64,000 nucleotides of DNA from Takakia lepidozioides (lineage: Eukaryota; Plantae; Bryophyta): positions 43,090,001-43,154,000 of the forward strand of contig CM060731.1 in NCBI GenBank assembly GCA_030704615.1, in the 5' to 3' direction. Shown here piece after piece: positions 11,650 to 23,168 of the stretch. Numbering within the stretch: the first letter of the stretch is position 1; each line of letters starts with the position of its first letter. The notes below the pieces were generated by a model that saw only the letters and a list, made by a program, of their open reading frames with translations, was not told where the DNA came from and did no database searches. The position numbers and the translations under genes were made by a program.

Positions 11650-14600
11650 TCACAAAAAAAATAGGGTGCAAGAAGATGAATGTAATATAATTGCCACTTT
11701 CTCCTTCTCGAATGTGGAATGCCAAGCAGTCCGACCAGTATCCTGCCGTAGGGCCTTGTGCAGCTCGTTGAAACTCAGTGTTGGAGCATGGATGAAGACG
11801 TCCACTGCGGATATGCAACTCATGCGCTTCAGAAAAATGTAATAAAGGTGTTTGCAGGGGACGTATGCTGCATTCTTCGATTCCATACAAGGAAGTCCTC
11901 ACAGTTGCAAGCTAGGTACTGTGAAGCCGTGATTGCATACACGACACTGCGTGCAGCAGACCCGGCTGTTGACAACTGAAATATGCGCCCCATCCCGGGG
12001 TGAGGAACATCCCTGCAACCTATCACTACGCAGGGCATTGCAAGAGCGTTGGCCATCCTGGTGTCGTTCGCCTTTGTTGGTGGCCGCCGTCTTTTCAGTT
12101 TCCCCCACCGATGAGTGGGCCAAGTTGCGGGGTCACCCACCGGTATGCGGGGCGAAGAGCTTCTCGTGGGAGGAGGATGACGACTGGGAATTGGATTTCG
12201 TGGAACGTCTGTCCTCTCCACCAGTCGAAACCCTGCACTTCCTAGAGCGTCTGCCTCCTCCAGGGTAAGATCTGTACCAGTTGCCACAGGGCAGACTGCC
12301 GGTGGTTCAGGCATGCCTTGTACACCATACTTGGGCTTGCCAAACACACACGACATGATGTCGTGCCTGCAGAACCAAAACTCCTTCAGTGTGGCCTCCA
12401 CAAACTTTGCGCACACAAATCTCCTTGTGAAGCAAGGGGCAGGCACACTGCCCTGCGGGCTCCTCCGAATCATCTCATTGCATCTCTGGTTGGTGTCGAC
12501 ACGAACAGCACAACATTTGCCACGAAATGTCGGACGGGTCCGTGCAATTCTCCACTGCGAGGCCGACACATCTCGTTCCACGATTGGAATGCTGTATTGG
12601 GTAACGAAAACAGGAGCAACATGCTCATCCTCTGCATGTTGTCCCGAGTCTGGCAGCGATTCCATGGATGCTGCAGGAGAGGGGGTACGAGTCCTGCTTT
12701 GTGGAGGCGTGGGATGCAACATCGTTGCGCCCCGAGGTTGAGTACTGATGTTCATATCTGATCTCCATGAATCCCCGTCCCCTCCGGGCATGTCCTCAAT
12801 TCTTCTCTTCACCGGCCGGTTGCGGACATCGCCCTCGAGGCAGTTCCCCCGACTGTGTAACGGCGTTGACCTTATTGTTTCCCGCAATGTAGCAGTCCAT
12901 TTTTTGGGATCGGTCGAACGATGCGCCGCCCTCATCAGCATCTCCTGCTTGTCTGGTCCGATACCCCATTGCTTTCCTCCCAGAAACTGGTAGTAACGAG
13001 ATTGTTGCATGATGGCCCTCACAATATCTTCTGTTGTTGCTGTCAACATGTCAACGAGATGTGCCGCAGAGGAAGCACGCCAGGAAGAGTGCACCGATTC
13101 GGCCATGTTCGTCGTCGGCATATCCCTGTCATCCTCCAAGCTCATGTCCTGTTGAAGGAAATTAGAAATGTCACTGATTGTGGAGAATGTCCAAGCACAA
13201 AACAGAACAATTGTCAAGTACAGAAATGTGTTACCTGTCTCATGTAGTCTCCAAACTGGCGGAATCTATAGTGCCACCACGCAAGCCACGTTTGCAGTTC
13301 TGGCTGATCTTTCACATCCACTGCCCCTGAAGACACCAGGCGCGTATAGTTGCAAACTCGGTCTCCGCCTCGTCGATGGAATTCGCATTTTTCCACGCTA
13401 GGCACATACTGATATGATCCTGCCGGTGGCGTGACGCCACGAACCTTTTCGTGTTTTGCGTCAAACTCTGCATGAAGTGGAACCCGCAAGATCTCTCCTT
13501 CCATTCCATTGGAGTCTTTGGGTCGTCCCCATATACACTCCTAACTGCAGCCCAGTTCGCCTGGGCATTGTCAGCCATGAAGCCCCTAAAATCGGGAGGG
13601 GCAACTTGGCTCTCGCCATTTGCTCATTAATTCCGCGCCACATATGCAACTCCGAATCTGTGTCTTCTCCCTTCATTTCGCAGATAGCAATGGTCATCAA
13701 CTTTCTGCAATGTGGGTCGTATACATGTGCCCCCATTGTCACCTAATCGTGGTTGGTAATTCGCCGGATGTGGTCGAACATGACCCAGCAATTTGAGAGG
13801 TCTCCACTGGTCATCCGCTTCACCAAATCGACGCCGCTCCCCGGTCCGCACGTTGACATCTTAAATATGAAGGACCTGTCCGTCTCCGAGCCTTGACCAG
13901 GAAAGAAGCTGCTTTGGATGAAGTCGTAGCCGCATGTGCGCTTCACTTCCAAGATGGAGTGCATGTCTGATCCTCTTCCGATTCGTTTCTTGCAGCCGAC
14001 AATGTGGTTCCTGATATTGGGACTGCACACATGGGAGACAGCTTCCAGCAGCTCCTTCATGTCCCCCTCGCCCAGCTTCTCTCTTGTGCTTCCGTCCTCC
14101 GACATTATTCTGCCAATTGCAATCCTATGTGCCGATGCGAGCTGTATCTGCTTTGGTTTTGCACCCGGCCTCAACCTCACCTCCTCCTTGATAATATCCT
14201 GGGCTTGTTGAAAAGCGACTCTGCAATTGCCTCTGGCGAGGGGGTGCTCATGCTTTCCGATGTGAATGCATGCTCTGGTGCACGCTGGGCCGACGGTCCC
14301 GACGTAGTACTGCTTGGCGTTGCACACTGCCATGCACGTAGGGGCTGCGTTGCAATGGGCACACTTGAACGTCCCTGTAGGAACTCTACCTTGAGGCCAA
14401 AATGGGGTCGATGAATTGTCAATCCAATCAGTCTCATTCCTGGTGCCTTTGCTAGTGTAATGGTAACATGTGCTCGAGAAACATTTAAGATGCCCAACAC
14501 ACAATACATATCTCACTCGAACTCCATCACCCAGGTTGGACGATGAAGTTTTGGTGACACACCAAGGGTGGCCGTCATGTTTCGTGTTCATTCCTGCGAG

Positions 14601-15314
14601 CATGCCGTCTGGGCCTGCGCCTGCCGGCACAGGAAAGAACTCGTAGATAGCATTCCCATCCACAACATCAGGCAAAGTTTCCACAGAATAGATTGGAGTT
14701 TTGTCGTAATCAAGCCTAAGAAGGTCACTGGAGCGGGAACCCGTTGTCTTCATCCTCCGCAATATGTCGATTACTGAGCGGACGGAAGTTGAGTCGGATG
14801 GTGTATGCTGAACACTCCTAGTGACGGACGACTTTGAAACATACGATGGAAGGACCATACAGTCTTCATCGTCACTGGATAAGTCGTGGACGACTATTTC
14901 TCTGTTTTCCTAGATTTCCCTTTTCACATGTTTGGGTTTCTCTGCTTGTGAAGAGGTGCCCACATCCTTCACATCTTGCACGCCAGACCCTCTTGTGGAA
15001 GGAGGATCAACCAAGTTCCAGCGTGGGAACTCTTTAGGCACGATTTCACCAATGGCACTGTACCGGATGGATTCAGAAGCTGGGAGCCGCCACTCTTTGC
15101 CTTTTCCAAAATCTGCATGCAGAATGACGGCACTTTCCAGAAAATTTCCATAAGCATCCTTCGTCTCCTCTTCCAAAAACACCGTTCCAGGGCGGAGCCC
15201 GAACTTCACACACAAGTACTGCTTAGTGACAATCGCAAATCCTTGATCGCAGGGTATTTTAGCTTTCAGAGAATCAGGATGGAAGTACACGTTTACCCAA
15301 ACACGGGAGTCCAT
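11650..15314 (-). pseudogene. GCM-like/MULE DDE/SWIM transposase of element B
   Basis: MDSRV start (15314), in-frame stop 14910-12, HDGHPW..C.GH..C..CxxC..GKHEHP, WVMFDH (D1), FMAD (D2), CGFH, intron 13149-13234, TTNMAESVH (E), SWIM CNCEDF..PCKHLY. A few stops and frameshifts. Confidence 0.9.
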
Positions 15315-15559
15315 GTTGAAGACGGGACCTCTCGGTACGCTCCGCAGCGAAGTCCTGCAGTGAGAAGAGTGTGTCCTACCTAATAACACAAATGATTTTC
15401 TGGAGGATTCCGTATCCAACAAGATGGGTGATCAGTGCACGTAAAGATGAAGGTGTGTAACGTACGTTACAAAAACGGACGACAACAGCAAGTTCACATC
15501 GGATATTTGGTGCCTGAATTGTAATGTACAACCACTTGGGCTACAATAAATCAGGCTTT

Positions 15560-16075
15560 CCCATGAATTTCGGCACCGAAATCTGGATGAACATCTCTGT
15601 CATGTAACAGCTTTGGAAGCCAGGGGATGAATTCCGGCAACAGAAATCGTAATTTGTTCACCTCATGAAACTGACCAAGCACCCAACGGATGGATTTCGG
15701 TGCCGAAATTCGGATGAACATCTTCTTCATCAAATTGTTTCTGCACATAAGGGTTGAATTTGGATGCCAAAATACGGATGAATGTGTTCCTGATTACAGT
15801 CGTGATTCACCACGTGTCTGGATATCGGTGCCGACATCCGAATGACAGTAATCCTGAATCGGCAGAATGGATGTATTTCGGCGCCGAAATTCATTCTTCA
15901 TCTCCTTTTCCGACCCTAATTCTGCTGCCTTGCGGATGGATTTCGGTGCCGAAATTCATCTGAATTTTTTTTATTTTTTTTATTTTTTCTTTACGACAGA
16001 TGAACTTTGACGTCGAATCTCATCCAAATACTCCCTTCTAATTTTCCTTTTTCTTCGTGAGCAATGAATTTCGGC
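15560..16075. repeat. ~63-bp periodic array of palindrome GGATGAATTTCGG(C/T)GCCGAAATTCATCC
   Basis: Copies at ~15564, 15625, 15690, 15754, 15820, 15869, 15934, 15999, 16064. Confidence 0.85.
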
Positions 16076-16079
16076 CCCC

Positions 16080-16493
16080 AAACTGGTACTGGCGAGACTG
16101 AAGAGTGTCCAGTCTCGCCTCCTATATATACTGGCTACTAAGAAGCTTCCCTAAGAAACTTCCCTTATAGAGGTTTCTTGATGGAGAAGTTTCTAAGATT
16201 AAACAAAGGTTTCTTGATGGAGAAGCTTCCTTAAACAAAGGTTTCTTGTTTGAGAAGCTTCCTTAAATAAATGAGGTATCTTGATGGAGAAGTTTCCTCC
16301 AAAAGAAGCTTCCTAAGCAGTTTCCCAAGTTACTCTTGGTAATTTGATAAACTTCCGATAACTTGGTAACTAATGGTAAATCATGGTAGATCATGATAAT
16401 TCACAGTAAGTCATGGTAACTTCCGATAACATGATAATTTTGTAACTTCTAGTATTTACTCATGGTAAGTTCCTCTGGGCTATGTCCGTGACA
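16080..16493 (-). mobile_element. LTR-like segment with short tandem repeats
   Basis: Minus strand starts TGTCA; TCATGGTAA and ~32-bp AGGTTTCTTGATGGAGAAG repeats; TATATATAGG box followed by a 10-bp hairpin (GGCGAGACTG/CAGTCTCGCC, 16091-16119). Confidence 0.45.
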
Positions 16494-17049
16494 CGTAGAA
16501 CGAAGTTGCTTCATATATTGCTTTTGTCGCAATCTTATATTGAGTTTATATAGGGAACACATTCAAGAGCATGCTATATTTGTAGTCATTGCCCTTTCCC
16601 ATCTAGCTCAAAACATATATGAAGAGATCCACTAAACAACTCGTATTATACTATTCACAATCCTACTATTGCTTTTATACATCTCTATGTTAATTTGGAT
16701 ACCTCCCTGAAAAATTCCATGTTAGTCATCATTACATGCTATACATACTTACATTAAAGACGGTTTTTTACAAAACAGTTACACAAAGAGTACTTTACAA
16801 AAAAGAAATAAACATAGCAGAACTCACAAATTACCTGATCATTTATGAAGCTCCTCGACTAACGCAGCAACTGTCTTTGCATCGGTGACACTCATATTTA
16901 TGTTGTAATTTGTAAGGTTCCCCGAAAACTGGTGCCCTATCTATTTGACAACTGCGAAGTAACCTGTGGAAAGTTCTATCTATCTATATAAGCCATTGAA
17001 ATTCAGTGGAATATAACAACGCAGTCACAATAAGATGAGAATTATCTTC

Positions 17050-17685
17050 ATGGAATATCCGAAATGATCTCAGTAGAGTGTTGCAAAGGCAAAGAAACTA
17101 CATCTTGATATGAAAGAATGACGAGTGAGTCTCGCTCCATTCCCTACGATTAGTGGAGCCTCAAATACATCATTAAGCAAAAACACAGAAATACACTTGA
17201 AAGGAAATAGAGACGACTGACTCTTGCCCCATTACTTGCAATTAGCTGCTACAGGTACGAAGAAATACCTGAAATGATCTGTGATGAAATACCCGAAACG
17301 ATATGATTACAGTGTTGCAAACTACATCTTGAAATGAAAGCGCCACAAATGAGTCTCGCTCCATTTCCTGCGAGCAGCGTAACCTTAGCCTAACACATCA
17401 TTCAACAAAAACACAGAAATGCACTTGAATAGAAACAGAGACCACAGATTCTTGTCCCATTACATACGATTAGCTACAGATACCATGAAATATCTGAAAC
17501 GATCTCAGTACAGTGCTACAAAGGCAAAGAAACTACATCTTGAAATGAAAGAGCAACGACTCTCGCTCCATTTTCTGCGAGCAGTGTAGCCTTAGTCTAC
17601 CCCATCATTATACAGAAACACATAAATACACGTTGAAAAGAAACAGAGACGATCGCCCCATTGCCTGCAATTAGCTACATATAAC
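17050..17685. repeat. ~220-bp tandem repeat x3
   Basis: AAACTACATCTTGA.ATGAAAG, TCTCGCTCCATT and CCCATT...ATTAGCT recur three times. Confidence 0.9.
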
Positions 17686-17865
17686 CTGGTCCATCATGAA
17701 TAGACAGAGATCACTATAGAATTCGAGCTTCTCAAGCTCGAGAAGCTTATATAGAAGCCATTGTGGCGCGACAGGAGAGGTTAGGGATTGAAGATCGATG
17801 GTTAGGGATTGGGGATTGATGTTGCCGAAAAATCGATCGCCGGAAATTAAACATTTCTACTAAAC

Positions 17866-17976
17866 TGGCATGAGTTTGCCGGTTCCCTCCGCTCGCGCTC
17901 CCGCGCTCGCGGGGCTCGCGGGGTTCCTAGGCGGAACCGGCTCACTCATGCCAATTCCACACTCATGCCAATTCCA
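17866..17976. repeat. GC-rich 21-bp hairpin plus 17-bp direct duplication
   Basis: TGGCATGAGTTTGCCGGTTCC (17866-86) pairs with GGAACCGGCTCACTCATGCCA (17933-53); CACTCATGCCAATTCCA occurs twice. Confidence 0.8.
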
Positions 17977-18132
17977 CTGTACGTAAAAACAAAGGGTGGG
18001 GCCAAAAGCCAGGATGTTTGGCAACCTATTCCAAAGGGTGACGTCAATGTTTCAAAATGAGCTAATAACGAGGGATTCAGGCTTGACACGACACAATGGC
18101 AGGGTGTTCAATACAAAGGTATGGGTCGAAGG

Positions 18133-18456
18133 GAGAGCTCTACGTACTAGATAACGCGCCCCTTGGGCGCATTATGGCTCCTAGTGAGTCACTAGGGCGA
18201 GGCCGGTAGGCCGAGACCTAGGACGAACTAGGTGCCATAATGCGCCCTTGGGGGCGGGTTCCCTGGCGTAAAGGAATTTTGGGGGGCAGATTCTGCGAGG
18301 CCCTGATTGGCTGCAGGCCATAATGAGCCAATAAAAGTCAAACTGCCGATTAGGAACGCAGAATGCGCCAGCAACGTGGAGCGACAACCTAATTTGCCTC
18401 CAACCTAAAGGCAGAATCTGCCCCCAAAATCCTTTACGGCGCCAGGAAGAGTTCTC
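18133..18456. repeat. Double fold-back (MITE-like) element upstream of P450
   Basis: Inverted repeat arms 18157-18184/18228-18256 and 18262-18296/18411-18446; outer GAGAGCTCT/AGAGTTCTC. Confidence 0.75.
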
Positions 18457-18521
18457 TCATTTTCTGGATCGGTACTCCAGTTCACGGGACTCCGACGATC
18501 TTGAGAGGGATAGTAGAAAAT

Positions 18522-20491
18522 ATGGAAACATACGCACCAGGCCTGCAAGGAAGCGTTTGGTGGGCTCAACAACAACTTGGGCTTCCTCTTATATCGATAG
18601 GCGTCCTTGTCGCCATTGCAGTGTACGGTTATCTCTTCTTAAGAAAATCCACTCGCTTGCCTCCAGGGCCACGCCCATGGCCTGTCGTGGGAAACTTACC
18701 CGTGTTGGATAATCTTCCGCACAAGGCATTGGCACGCCTGGCTAACAAATATGGGCCTCTGATGTACCTGCGCCTTGGGTCATACGATACTGTTGTAGCG
18801 TCGACTCCAGAGATGACAAAACAGTTTCTCAGGACTCATGATCAAGCGTTTGCCTATCGTCCACAGACTTTGGCTTCGTATATACTTTCTTCAAATAATC
18901 TGAGCATTGCGCTTTCTTCAGGTTCTTATTTGCGTCATTTACGCAAGATCTGCCTGGTTGAGCTCTTCACTCAGAAACGCATCGAATCGTTTCGATCTGC
19001 AAGGACAGAGGAGATAACTGCCACATTGAAGGCCATCCTTGAGGAGTCACAAAATGAAAAGGTGGTAGACCTCAACCTCAAGTTGTCGTCGTTGGCTACT
19101 AACAACATGAGTCGCATGCTGATGAACAAAAGGTGATGTATGAGCTGAGCCGTTTGATTTTGTGTTGAATGGAAATTATGAGAACATATACAAAGTTCTT
19201 TGTTGTACATATTTGACATCCATGGAAACCTGGTACTCCCTATAAGCTAGCAACAGTTTAGGCAACGTGAATATCCTTCAGGACTGTCATCGACGCTTAG
19301 TATTGAATTGCCATTTTCACCTGTCTCAGGTTCGGCGGGATTGATGTGGAGTCTAAAGAAGTGCAACAGTTTACCGGACTTGTCGACAAACTAACGCACT
19401 TCCTCGGGCTGTTCATTGTTGGTGACTACGTCCCGTATCTATCGTGGGTGTCGAAGCTGCAAGGTATCGAGGGGCGTATGAGGGAGACGCAGGTCGCACT
19501 GCACAGTATTACTCAGCAGTGGATTGACGAGCACAGAAAGGCTGCATCAGTGGAGAAAGGGAATATGGATACACCAAAAGACTTTCTTGATGTGTTGCTC
19601 ACCATGCCTACAGAAGATGGAACTGGTCATCTCTCCGATGTAACCATACATGCTGTGATCCTGGTAAGTTTTGATTAATATGAATGTAATCCACTAAATT
19701 TTTTATGATCACTTGAGCATCATCATCGACAGCTCGTCCCGAATAAGTTACAATACTAGTGAAGTTCTAGCTATGTTAGAATGCAAGATCTATTCCCAAA
19801 AAATCTGGCTTCAGGTAGAGAGCTAGCTTTGAGGTCAAAATTCTTGTGTTCACGTGTTACAGGACATGATGGCTGGGGGATCAGAGACATCGGCGGTCAC
19901 AACAGAATGGGCACTGGCCGAGCTTCTTCGCAACCCTCATATGATGAGACGCGTACAAGCTGAACTAGATGCTGTCGTTGGAACCACTCGGCTTGTCCAG
20001 GAATCAGACCTTCCAAATCTCGAGTACCTACAAGCTGTAATAAAAGAGAACTACCGCCTTCACCCCCGGCTCCATTGCTGTTTCCCCACGAGTCTCGTGA
20101 GACATGCGAAGTTGCTGGTTATATTCTGCCAGCCAAAACCCGTCTGATCGTCAATCAATGGGCAATAGGCCGGGATCCTTCTAGCTGGGAAAGACCTCTT
20201 GAGTTTGATCCAGAAAGATTCATGGAGCATCCTGAGCTTGATGTGAAAGGCCAGCACTTCCAGCTTTTGCCTTTTGGAACCGGAAGGAGAGGATGCCCGG
20301 GAATGCCACTCGCACTTGTCATGGTTCAGATAATGCTTGCTCGCCTTGTTCAGAGCTTTGACTGGTCCCTTCCAAATGGGCAGGACCCCACTACTTTGGA
20401 CATGTCAGAGAAATTCAGAGCATCACTTCCCAGAGCAAAACCATTGCATGTTGTGGCACACCAAAGGTTGCCTGCCCATTTGTACGAGTAA
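18522..20491 (+). CDS. Cytochrome P450, CYP71 clan (3 exons; 1-bp frameshift)
   Basis: Exons 18522-19132, 19330-19663, 19863-20491 with GT-AG introns; [33 protein letters not shown] motifs. A C5 run at 20063-67 needs C6 to read HPPAPLL. Confidence 0.93.
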
Positions 20492-21261
20492 AGTTTCGTT
20501 GTTGGCAGAGAAACCTACGGGATGGCTTGCATGTAGTTCGACATACTCAACCCCATGATTGTGGTTGTACTTCTGCAGCAGCTTGTTTACAGATATTTTC
20601 TGAGAGAGTCCCTGTAGAACTTGCAAACGAAAACTTCGGTCTGCGTCTTCTCACTTTCACAGGACTAAATAGTGCGTCGTACCTACCCCTGAAGACTAAT
20701 GCTCTTGAACCATCCCCCTCTACTCATACTTGAACTGTAGAGGGAGTGCAACAGATTGGCAGAGTGAGTCTTAGGCACCAACTCTTTGTTGGTGGCATGT
20801 CTTGCAATTGTCACATTGTGAGTGTCACATAGGAAGGGTGACGCCAATAAAAAAATAACATATTCACAGGGTAACATCCAGAGAAGGAATCATACATCTA
20901 CATTAAGTTAAAATCTGTCTTGTGTAAATGGATTGTCACAGATTGAACATTTTATGTATTTATTCAGGCATCCGGGGAGCTTCAATTGCAATAGCCAACA
21001 TAACACTACACCAACATGGCATTGAATAGATTTTCCAATCTCTGACTCTTGCCAAACTCACAGTGCGCCGAAACAGGGGTGAAGTGCCCAACAGCAGCCC
21101 ACCATTCCAGCAAGGGTTACTTTAGTCTAGAGCTGCATCTCTGAGACAGTATTGAAACTGCCCCCTCACTTCTTGGCAGCTGCCAAATCTCAGCTTTCTG
21201 AAGCACATCCAAATTGTTGAGCAGTACATTCTCCTGTGCCACGCTTTGGCATAGGAAGAAC

Positions 21262-21379
21262 CTGTGCTTTGATTTCTTGTGTCCACCATCACAGAGAATA
21301 CCACGGCACACTATCTTTCTCTGTGCTTTGATTTCTTGTGTCCACCATCACAGAGAATACCCCGACACACTATCTTTCT
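21262..21379. repeat. 59-bp tandem duplication
   Basis: CTGTGCTTTGATTTCTTGTGTCCACCATCACAGAGAATAC...CACTATCTTTCT twice. Confidence 0.9.
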
Positions 21380-21879
21380 AGTTATGTCACAGAAGGGCTC
21401 GTCCACTTCTGCTAGTAAGAGAGATTTTGAGACATCTCTGTCAGTCCGGGAGATATCTCAAAAATGCATAAAATCCAAGAAATGACGAATAAAAACATGA
21501 AACCTTCAAACTATTGTAGTCCCAAGCAACCCTAATCCAATAGAAGGGTCAGGTTCAGATTTTCCATATGGCAGCTAGACAAGGCAAATGCAGAGCACTT
21601 GCAAGTTCCTGTGCTTAATGCACATCAAGAAGCAAATAACACATACCTCAACTTGACCATTGTGAGCATGGATGAACACTTGGCAAACAATTCGTTCCCA
21701 AATCACTCCATTTTATAACGGTTGGGTACAGGTTGACTCAAGCAGCAACTCCAATGACACTAGCTCAAGGGCTTCAAATGAAACCACTACTACAACAAGA
21801 AATGTAATCTAAGATATCTGGACACTGTTACATCAAAGAATGATTGAGGAAATAAAATCCAACAAGATTCCTGTGGACA

Positions 21880-22671
21880 TCAGAAATCCATGTCAGACCA
21901 CTCATCATAAATCTGAAGGTCTGTATCTTTGATGGTTTTATCAACCCCCAACCTAATATCAAGAATACTATCCTCTACCGGTGATGCTTTAGGGCTCTCT
22001 TGCTCCTTAATGAAAGGGATGTATAGCTGGTCCGGATCTTCCTCATCATCCTCTTTTGGGGGATCATACTCATGTAACAGGCGCCGCCACTTTCTGATCT
22101 GGCCATCCCAGCTACGCTTGCTGCAAACCTGTCGGGTGTCTGGGGTGTGAGGGCCACCTTTCTTTCGAGAGTACCTGCATCAAAACCAGGCTACTGTTAT
22201 AACAAGTACCTGAATCATAGCAGACAAGATATAGTATACTCACCTCCTGGAAAATAAGGAAGCTTCTCATACACTGACATCACAGTGAGCTCGCCGCTTT
22301 GAACATCAGGAAAGTTCCTGTAGAGAGTGAGCACATGACAGCCCAGTGACTTGCATACATTTAACTTCACAGTTCCACAGTCAAGCCAACACCTACTAAC
22401 AAGATAAGATCTTGGCAAATTAGTATGCCTTCAAATCTTGCATGAGATTGCACACCAACCTACCACAGAGACCAGGCGTACCATCTGGACCATACATATC
22501 TAGCCTGAGATTAAGAGTAGATGTGAACTCAGACCCCAAGAACCAAGAGACATTACCTTGGAACGAGTTTCTCATAGCGTTCATAACCAAGCGTGTTCTT
22601 GCCATAAGCAATTTGTTTCTGCTGTTGGCTCAGTTGATGAGAATCATCTTCCTTTGGCTTCTCTTGTACAT
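21880..22671 (-). CDS. SLBP: Histone stem-loop-binding protein RNA-binding domain (two 3' exons; possibly pseudogenic)
   Basis: Exons 22557-22671 and 21880-22174 joined by a phase-2 GT-AG intron give QKQIAYGKNTLGYERYEKLVPRYSRKKGGPHTPDTRQVCSKRSWDGQIRKWRRLLHEYDP, an acidic tail and a stop at 21880-82. 5' exons not resolved. Confidence 0.85.
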
Positions 22672-23168
22672 CTGCATCATTGATGACAAATTATGTATGA
22701 ACTTCCACAACTGAGGCAGGACGCCACAAGCTTGCTCCAAGAGAATTGCAAGGGCAAGCACATAACAAACATCACAACAGATAGCTCAGCTCCTAGCCAG
22801 TTGATTGCCAGAGACATGGGTACAGAGAACAGTAATTAAAAGGTCAAGAGATCCTTTTCACCGCTACATCCACATGCTCTAACAGTCTATCTGAATCTGT
22901 GTTCTTCGTGAATATCAGATTTTCGTCAGCACTATCACCAAAGAGACAGGAGACAAAGAATTCTTACTTAGGGCGCAGTCACAGTGAACTTGTGAGTGTA
23001 GTCTATGGCCGTAACAGACTTCTGCATGTGGTCGGGGCTGTTCTCCGTCCCCAAGCCTTGCCCTTTCATAGTCCGAACAGACTCCCGCTCGTTGGGGTAG
23101 TTCTCTTTGTCCAATTCTCGCTCTTTCATTGCCCAACGAGTCCGACCAATATTTCTCCATTGCTCATC

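Larger units (their letters stand above)
9681..16079 (-). mobile_element. Mutator-like element B (near full length, two genes)
   Basis: Left end GGGGGTTGCTATTCCAT is the exact reverse complement of element A's 3' end; right end reverse complement GGGGGCCGAAATTCATTGCTCACG is an imperfect TIR; CGGCGCCGAAAT arrays near both ends; transposase inside. TSD not recovered. Confidence 0.75.

Noticed and set aside
774-16079. Single two-transposase element (MULE + DUF7869) seen twice in the same order
   Set aside because: Element A has its own termini and TSD, and DUF7869 copy 2 is truncated by unrelated sequence; nesting explains the layout.
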